From Bacteriovoracaceae bacterium (lineage in GTDB: Bacteria; Bdellovibrionota; Bacteriovoracia; Bacteriovoracales; Bacteriovoracaceae): a DNA stretch of 16,415 nucleotides. Below the pieces are notes generated by a model. That model was not told the origin of the DNA. It made no database searches and was given only the letters and a program-made list of their open reading frames with translations. Below are positions 1 through 7,745 of this stretch, piece by piece. The position numbers were made by a program, and so were the translations under genes. Each line of letters opens with the position of its first letter. The first letter of the stretch is position 1. The stretch spans positions 1 to 16,415 of the forward strand of contig JBMYPC010000067.1 in the NCBI GenBank assembly GCA_049599895.1, in the 5' to 3' direction.

Positions 1-891
1 ACACAAATTTCTGTGCCCGTTGAAGAGGGTGGGCAGAAGATCTTTCGGTTTAAGAAATGGCTTGTTCTTATTATTGGTATGGTCGCATGGGGCTATATCA
101 GCTTTTCGATTACTCTTCCAAGAGAGCCTTTGAGTTATACACCTAATCAGGTTGAAGTAAATGATATCTTCTTCGTTATCGATGTTTCACGATCGATGCT
201 TGCCAATGATTTTAAGCCTGATCGTTTAACAGTTGCGAAAGAAAAAATCAGGGAGTTTGTAAAGCTAAGGCCTAAGGATCGAATCGGAATCATTATGTTT
301 TCAGAAAAGGCTTTTACGCTACTTCCACTGTCAACGGATCTTGAGCTGATTCAAAAAATTATAGACGATATCAAGGTGGGGTTTCTCGGAAGTGGAACTA
401 ATATTGGCGATGCCTTGGCCCTTGCTGTGGCAAGGGGAGCACAATCTCCAACTGAAAATAAAGTGATCGTTCTTTTAACAGATGGAGTAAGTAATGTTGG
501 GGTTATGACTCCTTCTCAAGCTGCAGTAAAAGCAAAAGATCAAGATATCAAGGTTTATACAATTGGAATTGGGGGAGCAAGAGATGCAAAAATCCCCCTT
601 GGTCGAGGCCTTCTTGGTGGAAAGAGGTTTCAAAATATTCCTGGTGGAAGTATTGATATGCAAACCCTTGATGAAATTGCCAATCTTACTGGTGGGAAGA
701 GTTATTATGCTCGAGACGAAAAGGCCTTGACTGATGTCCTTGATGAGATCGAAAGGCTTGAAAGAACCGAAATTAATTTAAGCTCCAAGATTATCTATAA
801 AGAACATTATTTTAAATATCTTCTCATTGGCGTCTTACTATTAGTCTTATGTGAGCTTCTCTCCATGTATTTATTGAGGTTAGTGATATGA
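1..891 (+). CDS. batA: BatA-like VWA-domain membrane protein (MoxR/Bat operon), probably 5'-truncated by the window edge
   Basis: Frame 1 is open from base 1, so the GTG at 13 is probably not the real start. TM segment followed by a VWA domain with MIDAS motif DVSRS, GTNIGDAL and LLTDG, plus 'IKVYTIGIG', 'IANLTGGKSYYA' and a C-terminal TM helix. Stop overlaps the next ATG (ATGA 888-891). Confidence 0.85.
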   Translation, partial: TQISVPVEEGGQKIFRFKKWLVLIIGMVAWGYISFSITLPREPLSYTPNQVEVNDIFFVIDVSRSMLANDFKPDRLTVAKEKIREFVKLRPKDRIGIIMFSEKAFTLLPLSTDLELIQKIIDDIKVGFLGSGTNIGDALALAVARGAQSPTENKVIVLLTDGVSNVGVMTPSQAAVKAKDQDIKVYTIGIGGARDAKIPLGRGLLGGKRFQNIPGGSIDMQTLDEIANLTGGKSYYARDEKALTDVLDEIERLERTEINLSSKIIYKEHYFKYLLIGVLLLVLCELLSMYLLRLVI

Positions 892-2651
892 ACTTTCTTA
901 ATAAATCTTATCTTTTTCCCATAATCGTCTTCTGCTTATTTTTTGTGATCATTACATTAAGACAGAGTTCTCGTTTTGATGCTGTGATGAAAAAGTACTG
1001 GTTTATTAAGGCGAGCCCATGGAAGAAGATTTCAAGGCTTTTCTATGTGCTAGGATTCTGTCTTCTTTGTTTTTCTCTGCTCGATTTTAGAGGACGTCCT
1101 GAAAAAGTTGAATCGAGTGTTTCAGACCAAAAGACAATCATTATTATTGATTCATCAGCGAGTATGTTAGTTGAAGATGTAAGACCCAATCGATTTCAAA
1201 AGGCCTTAATGCTTGCCAGGCATTTTGTGAAATCATCAGCAGGTCACCAGCTTGCCGTAGTTGTTTTTTCAGATACTCAAAAAAGGCTTATTCCTTTTAC
1301 TGATGACATTGATCTTCTTGATGCGAGGATTGCGGCACTTGAAAAATTGAGAATCAATTATGGTGGATCTAATATTATCCAGGCCATTCAAGAGAGTATT
1401 CAATATTTTAAAACAGATAAAGAATCAATAAAGAATCCCAAAGGCAATATTCTCGTTTTTACCGATAGTGAAGATAATGGAACCATACAAGATCTCAACG
1501 TTCCCGAAGGCGTAAATCTCGCGATGGTTGGAGTTGGGAGTCGTTCAGGCGGCCGAATCCCTATCAGGAATAAGGATGGAAATCTTTATGGCTATAAAAA
1601 GTTTAAAGGAAAAGAAGTTATTTCCAAGCTTGATGAGGAATCTCTTAAGAAAATTGGAACATCTGTAAAGAGCTTTAAGTACTGGGTAGCCTTATCTTAT
1701 AGCGTTCCAACTGATGAGATTTTAAGCTTTTTTAGGGGCATTCATCAAAATAATCTTAAAAAAGGAACCACGACAATAAGGCCTGTTATTGGGCATCGAG
1801 TGGTTATTACTGGCATTGTTCTTTTTATACTGTCATCACTTTTTAACCTCGCAAGAGATAAAGTGATTGCAGGGCTTCTCCTCTTTTTTCTTGTTTTACC
1901 AGGCCCGCGGGCCTCGGCTCAAGATGATGTGAAACCAGAAGATCTTCTCGATGAGCAAACTCTTGAAAAACTTGCAAAGTTTAAACAGGGCAAGATGGAC
2001 TCTAGAGAAAAGTTGTCTCTTGCTCAAGATCTCATTCAAAAGGAACGGGTAGAAGAGGGTGTGACTTTGTATGAGGATGTTTTATCTTATAAAAAAGACC
2101 TTTCAGAAAAAGCAAAGCTTAATCTTGGAACCGCTTATTTAAAACTCGGAAAGATCAAGCGTGGCCTTGACGTTTACGATGGAATTGATCGAAAGGCATT
2201 GTCACAAGATGAAGAAGACCTTCTGGCAAAAAATACGGTGATGGCCTTCAAACAACAGAAGCAAAAACAAAAGCAGAAGCAACAACAGCAAAAAAATCAA
2301 AAACAGCAAAACCAAGACCAACAAGATCAAGATGGTCAAAGTGGTGAAAACCAAGATCAACAAAAAACTCAAAAGAATCAATCTGGAGATCCTAAAGAAC
2401 CCAAAGACCAAAAAGGTGATGAGAAGGATAAAAAGAAGAATAATGATTCAAAGGACTCTGACAAGGGCGAGAAAAAAGAAAAGAAAAAACCTCAGTCTAT
2501 CAAAGAACGTGAGGAAGAAATTCGAAAGCAAAGAAAAATGGTGAAAATTCCGGCAATTTTAAAACAAATCATGAATGATGATCGAAAACTTCAGCAAAAA
2601 TACTGGAAGACGAGCACCAAAAATCGAAATCGAGACAAGAAGGACTGGTAA
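888..2651 (+). CDS. batB: BatB-like VWA protein fused to a BatC-like TPR/low-complexity C-terminal region
   Basis: Two N-terminal TM helices and a VWA domain (DSSAS, 'DVRPNRFQKA', 'IPFTDD', FTDSED). Further hydrophobic segments, TPR-like helices ('AKLNLGTAYLKLGK'), a Q/K/D-rich tail and terminal KKDW, typical of BatC-type C-termini. Confidence 0.8.
   Translation: MNFLNKSYLFPIIVFCLFFVIITLRQSSRFDAVMKKYWFIKASPWKKISRLFYVLGFCLLCFSLLDFRGRPEKVESSVSDQKTIIIIDSSASMLVEDVRPNRFQKALMLARHFVKSSAGHQLAVVVFSDTQKRLIPFTDDIDLLDARIAALEKLRINYGGSNIIQAIQESIQYFKTDKESIKNPKGNILVFTDSEDNGTIQDLNVPEGVNLAMVGVGSRSGGRIPIRNKDGNLYGYKKFKGKEVISKLDEESLKKIGTSVKSFKYWVALSYSVPTDEILSFFRGIHQNNLKKGTTTIRPVIGHRVVITGIVLFILSSLFNLARDKVIAGLLLFFLVLPGPRASAQDDVKPEDLLDEQTLEKLAKFKQGKMDSREKLSLAQDLIQKERVEEGVTLYEDVLSYKKDLSEKAKLNLGTAYLKLGKIKRGLDVYDGIDRKALSQDEEDLLAKNTVMAFKQQKQKQKQKQQQQKNQKQQNQDQQDQDGQSGENQDQQKTQKNQSGDPKEPKDQKGDEKDKKKNNDSKDSDKGEKKEKKKPQSIKEREEEIRKQRKMVKIPAILKQIMNDDRKLQQKYWKTSTKNRNRDKKDW
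2249..2500 (+). repeat. Low-complexity Gln/Lys/Asp-coding tract within the batB/C fusion
   Basis: CAA/CAG/AAA/AAG-rich DNA encoding KQQKQKQKQKQQQQKNQKQQNQDQQDQD...KKEKKKP. Imperfect, with mixed synonymous codons. Confidence 0.8.
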
Positions 2652-4364
2652 ATGAAAAGCTTTTTTTCGTTACTCATATTAATATTTTCATTCAATCTTT
2701 ACGCTAATAATGTAGAGATTAAATTTGATCCCGAAAGACCTGTGATTGGTGAAACATTTGAAATCAACTTTAATGTTCAGGTCACATCAAAAAACAAAGA
2801 AGAGCCTTTCATCACCTTTGATCTTTCAAAGGGTGAGATTATAGGAAGGAGATTTGCCGGAGTAACCACAAATGCGACCATGATCAATGGACGTTTTCAG
2901 ATGAGTAAATCATATCGGTTTATCTATGAGGCGATCTCTGAAAAAGCCGGAACGATTTATGTAAAGAATATCAAAGTTGATATTGATGGCACTGAGCTAA
3001 AGGTTCCCACAAAGCGAGTGACAGTTTATTCGAAAAGACAGAGACCTAAGAACTTTTTCTTAAAGGCAGAAGTTGATAAATCAGATGTTTATTTAGGAGA
3101 AGGAGTTGACCTTCGTTACTATCTCTATGCACGAGCAAATGTTCAACCACAAGAAATTGAAACTTTCCCTAAGTTAAAAGGATTTATCAAAAGATTTCAT
3201 ATGCCAGACAACTCAGTTGAAACTGTTGATGTCGATGGGATTATTTACAAGCGAACGGCTCAATATTCAGCTCGAATTTATCCCGAAAAAGTAGGCGATC
3301 TTAAAATTGATCCTTTAAAGCTTAAGATTCAATACGTTGATGGACGAGGGAGTTCATTTGGAAACCTTGGTTTTGGATTTGGAAGAAGGAAGGTTCGGTC
3401 TTTAAGAAGTAAGACAATTAAAATCAATGTCCGTCCAATTCCAGCGAATAACGTCCCTCAGAATTTTACGGGTCTTGTGGGAAGGCACAAGTTTAGCTTC
3501 AAGTTTGGAAAAACCAAGTTTCTCGTCAATGAAGCAATTGAGCTTAAAGCAGAAGTTGAGGGAGAGGGAGCTCTTGAGAATCTTGAACTTCCACAAGTTC
3601 TTAATCATGAACAGCTCGAAAGCTTTGACGTGAAAACGGAACTTAATGAAGTTGGAAAAAGCCGGTCGGTGAAAACCTTTGAATTTACTTATCTTCCAAG
3701 GGGAAACTTTGATATTCCAGAAAGAGTACTTACTCTTTATACTTTTGATCCAGAGAAAGCTGAGTTTGTTGCACATAAAGTGAATGTCCCCGCTTACTCT
3801 GCTCGTGGAGGGGCAATTGCAAAACAACCTGGTGCCAATAATCAAAATCAAGCAAACTCAGAAGAGCAAAATGATTCTTCTCAAAATCAATCGTTTTTTA
3901 AGCCTATAAAGAAAAACTTTAGTCTGATTGCTCCAAACTTTAATCTTAAAGAAGATGCTTCTGAGTGGCCCGTGATCAGATATATTAATCTTTCACTTGT
4001 TATCGCATTGATGCTTATTGCTTTTGGTTATTTAAGACCCTATCTTAAAATGCAGCCTTATCCAGAGACAGTTCAAATTAATTACAAGCAGCTTCTTAAA
4101 GAAGGGGTTAATTTTGGAAGCTTTTCAAGGCTTCTAAGATCGATTAATAGAGAACTTCAGGTTGGATCAGATCAGAATCTAGTACACATTATCAAGAACT
4201 TACCTCTTGAGGAGAACTCAAAAAATTACTTTTACCAGTTGTTAAATTTTATTGAAAAGAGTAGTTATGGAGATCAGGATAACTTAAAAGCGGTGAGCTT
4301 TAACCGTGGCCAATTTAAGAAACTACTTGGCACAACGTTAAAAAGAAAAGATGAAGATAGTTAA
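2652..4364 (+). CDS. batD: BatD family protein (signal peptide, repeated beta-sandwich domains, C-terminal TM helix)
   Basis: Signal peptide MKSFFSLLILIFSFNLYA. BatD-type segments 'VDKSDVYLGE', 'INVRPIP...FTGLVG', 'VEGEGALE' and 'FDPEKAEF'. TM helix near residue 445. Starts immediately after the batB stop. Confidence 0.8.
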   Translation: MKSFFSLLILIFSFNLYANNVEIKFDPERPVIGETFEINFNVQVTSKNKEEPFITFDLSKGEIIGRRFAGVTTNATMINGRFQMSKSYRFIYEAISEKAGTIYVKNIKVDIDGTELKVPTKRVTVYSKRQRPKNFFLKAEVDKSDVYLGEGVDLRYYLYARANVQPQEIETFPKLKGFIKRFHMPDNSVETVDVDGIIYKRTAQYSARIYPEKVGDLKIDPLKLKIQYVDGRGSSFGNLGFGFGRRKVRSLRSKTIKINVRPIPANNVPQNFTGLVGRHKFSFKFGKTKFLVNEAIELKAEVEGEGALENLELPQVLNHEQLESFDVKTELNEVGKSRSVKTFEFTYLPRGNFDIPERVLTLYTFDPEKAEFVAHKVNVPAYSARGGAIAKQPGANNQNQANSEEQNDSSQNQSFFKPIKKNFSLIAPNFNLKEDASEWPVIRYINLSLVIALMLIAFGYLRPYLKMQPYPETVQINYKQLLKEGVNFGSFSRLLRSINRELQVGSDQNLVHIIKNLPLEENSKNYFYQLLNFIEKSSYGDQDNLKAVSFNRGQFKKLLGTTLKRKDEDS

Positions 4365-5283
4365 AAGTCTAAGTGAATTAAGTGATAGCGAAGAAATTGT
4401 TATTACTATTGGAAATTTTGATGGAGTCCATATCGGACATCAATTTGTTATTGAGAACATCAAAAGGAACTTAAGTGGTAATCAAAAATTAGTCTTAATG
4501 ACTTTTCTTCCTCATCCAAGAGAGATTCTCTCTCCAGATTCAAAGTTTTTAATTAATACTTATGATGAAAGAAGAGAGCTTTTGCAAAAGCATAATGTCG
4601 ATTATCTTTGTGAAATGAAATTTGATCGAAATTTTTCAACTCTCTCTCCTGAAGAGTTTTTAAGTGATTATCTCTTTAATCACAGTCATATTAAAAAAGT
4701 TTATTTTGGTCATGACTTCAAGTTTGGAGCAGACAAAAAAGGCGATTGGAATCTTGCCAATGATTTTTGTTCCGAGAAGGGAGTTGAGTTTGAGCTCTTA
4801 AAAGAACATAGAAAAGAAGATAAGAGGATTTCATCAAGTCTTATTCGTGACTTACTTATCAAAGGGAAAATTCAAGAGGCCAATCATTTCTTGGGACGAG
4901 AATATTTTGTTACTGGGAAAGTGATTAAAGGTGACGGAAGGGGACGAAAGATTGGTTTTCCAACAGCAAATATTGATTTTTCAGACAAGCTCACTATCCC
5001 CAGCACAGGTGTTTATATAACAAAAAGCCATGTGGGAGATATGCTTTATTACTCTGTAACCAATGTCGGTATAAAACCTACTTTTCAGTCTCAAGATGAG
5101 CTTTCCATTGAAACACATGTTTTTGATTTTAATAGAGATATTTATGGAGAGGATTTTCGAATTCATTTCCTTTCAAAAATTCGTGATGAAGTAAAGTTTT
5201 CTTCTGTTAATGATCTCATTTCACAAATTGATAAAGATGCCCAAGTTGCAAAAGAGTTTTTTAAGCAACAAGGAAAGGTTTAA
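4351..5283 (+). CDS. ribF: Bifunctional riboflavin kinase / FMN adenylyltransferase (FAD synthetase)
   Basis: Motifs TIGNFDGVHIGHQ, TFxPHP, GHDFKFG, ISSSLIR, GDGRGRKIGFPTAN, NVGIKPTF, IETHVFDF, DIYGE and IRDEVKF. 310 aa. Confidence 0.97.
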   Translation: MKIVKSLSELSDSEEIVITIGNFDGVHIGHQFVIENIKRNLSGNQKLVLMTFLPHPREILSPDSKFLINTYDERRELLQKHNVDYLCEMKFDRNFSTLSPEEFLSDYLFNHSHIKKVYFGHDFKFGADKKGDWNLANDFCSEKGVEFELLKEHRKEDKRISSSLIRDLLIKGKIQEANHFLGREYFVTGKVIKGDGRGRKIGFPTANIDFSDKLTIPSTGVYITKSHVGDMLYYSVTNVGIKPTFQSQDELSIETHVFDFNRDIYGEDFRIHFLSKIRDEVKFSSVNDLISQIDKDAQVAKEFFKQQGKV

Positions 5284-5973
5284 ATGTTAAGCTTGGCATT
5301 GGCGGGAAAAAATATTTCTCATTCTCGCTCAAAATTTGTTTATGAAAAGCTATTGAACGAAGAGGTTGATTATTACCATTATGATTGTGACGCTTCTGAG
5401 CTTCTTCCATCTCTTGAGGAGGTCTTTAAGTCTTACAAGGGCTTAAGCATTACGGCTCCTTATAAACGCCATTATCTTGATCGTGTTTCAATTGATGAAG
5501 AAGTAAGACCTTTAGAGGCCATTAACTGTATTAAAAAAGTTGAAGATGGCTTTCAAGCAACGAATACAGATTACATGGCCTTGAAAGAAATCTTTCAAAA
5601 GCGCATTTCTTCTCATCACTCTGTTGTGATTCTTGGGGATGGGGCGATGGGAAAAGTGACCGAGCATTTATTTGGCGTTTTAAAAATTCCTTATAAGGTT
5701 TTTTCTCGAAAAAAAGACGACCATTTTTTTGATATCGACTTTGGAAGCCTGTATTCAAAAGAAGATAAACTTTTTTTAATCAATGCCTGCTCAAGAAAAT
5801 ATTTTTACAATAAAAGCCTAGCGGAAAACTCGGTTTTTTATGATTACAATTATAGCAGTGAAACACAGGCTTCCTACATTCAATCACTGAACAATGTTCA
5901 ATACGTTGATGGAATGGAGCTCCTTGAAGGCCAGGCACTTTATGCTTTAAAGTTTTGGGGGATAGTTGAGTAA
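5284..5973 (+). CDS. aroE: Shikimate dehydrogenase family protein (short, divergent AroE-like)
   Basis: G-x-x-I-S-H-S-R-S, GLSITAPYK (catalytic Lys), AINC, NTDY (catalytic Asp), Rossmann ILGDGAMG, LINA, YDYNY and DGMELLEGQA...FW all align with AroE motifs. Confidence 0.8.
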   Translation: MLSLALAGKNISHSRSKFVYEKLLNEEVDYYHYDCDASELLPSLEEVFKSYKGLSITAPYKRHYLDRVSIDEEVRPLEAINCIKKVEDGFQATNTDYMALKEIFQKRISSHHSVVILGDGAMGKVTEHLFGVLKIPYKVFSRKKDDHFFDIDFGSLYSKEDKLFLINACSRKYFYNKSLAENSVFYDYNYSSETQASYIQSLNNVQYVDGMELLEGQALYALKFWGIVE

Positions 5974-6000
5974 AATGCTTTTTGCGCTAACGCCTTAATT

Positions 6001-6027
6001 TAATGTATTCCTCTTAGATTCCGATAA
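6001..6027 (+). promoter_or_regulatory. Putative sigma28 (FliA)-type promoter upstream of pilB
   Basis: TAAT(6001-6004)-N15-TCCGATAA(6020-6027) versus consensus TAAA-N15-GCCGATAA: two mismatches, exact spacing, 35 nt before the pilB ATG. Confidence 0.6.
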
Positions 6028-6062
6028 CTTAAGCAAGAAATCATTTTTGCATTTGAGTTTTT

Positions 6063-7736
6063 ATGTTTAGAAAACAATTTGTTTCAGTCATTGAAAAAAC
6101 GGGGATGGTTCCGGCAAAGGACTTAAGGCCTTTACTTCAAGATACCAATCCTCAGACAGTTACAGAGCTAGAACTATTAAAGTTTGATTTTTTTGATGAC
6201 GTGAAATTTGCAAAGAATATTGCAGGACTTTATAACCTTGTTTTTATTGATCTTACTAACGCCAAAATTAAAGATCGAAATGTTAATTTAATTAAAAAAG
6301 CTGATGCAGAAAAATATCGAGCACTGCCTATTCAAAAAACGAATAAGGCCGTAACTCTTGCGATCTTTGATCCGACAATTGTTGAGCACCAATTAGACCT
6401 TCAGAAAATCTTTCAGCACCCAGTTGAGTTTGTTCTCACTGGAATTAAGGCTTGGGAAAAAATATATGGGAGTATTCGTCAGAGTATTGATGAGCTCCTC
6501 TATAGTGTTAAAGAGGTAAAAGAAGATCCTTCACTTGAAGTTGATGTCAAAGAAGAAGACATCGGTGAAGAAGTTATCATGTATGTGAACAAGCTTCTTG
6601 CGGATGCCTTTGTCAAAAAAGCCAGTGATATTCATATTGAACCTTATGAAAAAACTTTTCGAGTTCGCTTTCGTGTGGACGGAACTCTTTATGAAGTGGA
6701 TCAGCCAGCAAGAAACTTGATGCTTCCAATTATTTCTCGTTTGAAAATTATGGCCAATCTCGATATTTCAGAGAGAAGAAAACCCCAAGATGGAAGAATC
6801 AAACTTTCGATTGGTGGGGCTCCGATTGATTACAGGGTTTCCTCGCTTCCAACTTTATTTGGTGAAAAGATTGTTCTAAGACTTCTTGATAGTTCAAATC
6901 TTCAACTTGATATGACAAAGCTTGGTTTTGAAGAGAAGCAATTAAGCAATTTTAAAGAAGGTATCTATCAACCCTATGGGATGGTTCTGGTAACTGGCCC
7001 AACAGGATCAGGGAAAACAACAACACTCTATTCAGCACTCTCTGAGCTTAACCAAGTAGGAAAGAATATATCGACCGCTGAGGATCCTGTTGAATTTAAC
7101 CTTGAAGGGATTAACCAGGTTAACGTAAGAAGAGAAATCGAACTCACTTTCGCCAGGGCCCTCAAAGCTTTTCTTAGACAAGACCCTGATATTATCATGG
7201 TAGGGGAAATTCGAGACCTCGAGGTCGCTGAAACTGCCGTAGAAGCCGCTCTTACTGGTCACCTTGTTCTTTCGACTCTACATACGAATGACGCTCCTTC
7301 AACAATTACAAGATTGTTAAATATGGGAATCGAGCCATTCCTTGTCACTGGTTCTCTAAATGTTGCGGTAGCGCAAAGACTTTGTCGAAGAATCTGTTCT
7401 GAATGCAAAGAAATAGATGAAAGTGTAACAGTTGAAGAGCTTATTGCTTGTGGAGTTTCGCCTAACTCTGCTCCCAAGATAAAAGTTTATAAAGGGAAGG
7501 GGTGTCCGGCTTGTAATGGTACAGGATATAAAGGACGAGTGGCGATTTATGAGGTGATGCCGATTACTCCACTTGTTAAAGAAATTATTCTTCGAAACGG
7601 AAGTTCTGATGAACTTAAGATTCAGGCCATTAAAGAGGGGATGAAGACCTTAAGAATGTCGGCTTTAACAAAAGTGGCCTTGGGACAAACAACATTACGT
7701 GAAGCGGTTTCAAATTCCGCGGCAGATAAGTTTTGA
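6063..7736 (+). CDS. pilB: Type IVa pilus extension ATPase PilB
   Basis: ASDIHIEP, RFRVDG, DISERRKPQDGR, Walker A GPTGSGKT, TAEDPVE, Walker B LRQDPDIIMVGEIRD, His box TGHLVLSTLHTND and tetracysteine CSEC...CPAC. Followed by pilT and pilC. Confidence 0.96.
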   Translation: MFRKQFVSVIEKTGMVPAKDLRPLLQDTNPQTVTELELLKFDFFDDVKFAKNIAGLYNLVFIDLTNAKIKDRNVNLIKKADAEKYRALPIQKTNKAVTLAIFDPTIVEHQLDLQKIFQHPVEFVLTGIKAWEKIYGSIRQSIDELLYSVKEVKEDPSLEVDVKEEDIGEEVIMYVNKLLADAFVKKASDIHIEPYEKTFRVRFRVDGTLYEVDQPARNLMLPIISRLKIMANLDISERRKPQDGRIKLSIGGAPIDYRVSSLPTLFGEKIVLRLLDSSNLQLDMTKLGFEEKQLSNFKEGIYQPYGMVLVTGPTGSGKTTTLYSALSELNQVGKNISTAEDPVEFNLEGINQVNVRREIELTFARALKAFLRQDPDIIMVGEIRDLEVAETAVEAALTGHLVLSTLHTNDAPSTITRLLNMGIEPFLVTGSLNVAVAQRLCRRICSECKEIDESVTVEELIACGVSPNSAPKIKVYKGKGCPACNGTGYKGRVAIYEVMPITPLVKEIILRNGSSDELKIQAIKEGMKTLRMSALTKVALGQTTLREAVSNSAADKF

Positions 7737-7745
7737 GAGGAAATT

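Noticed and set aside
2202..2411. Very hydrophobic 69-aa antisense ORF resembling a type I toxin or membrane peptide
   Set aside because: It is the reverse complement of the CAA/AAA-rich Gln/Lys tract of batB/C.
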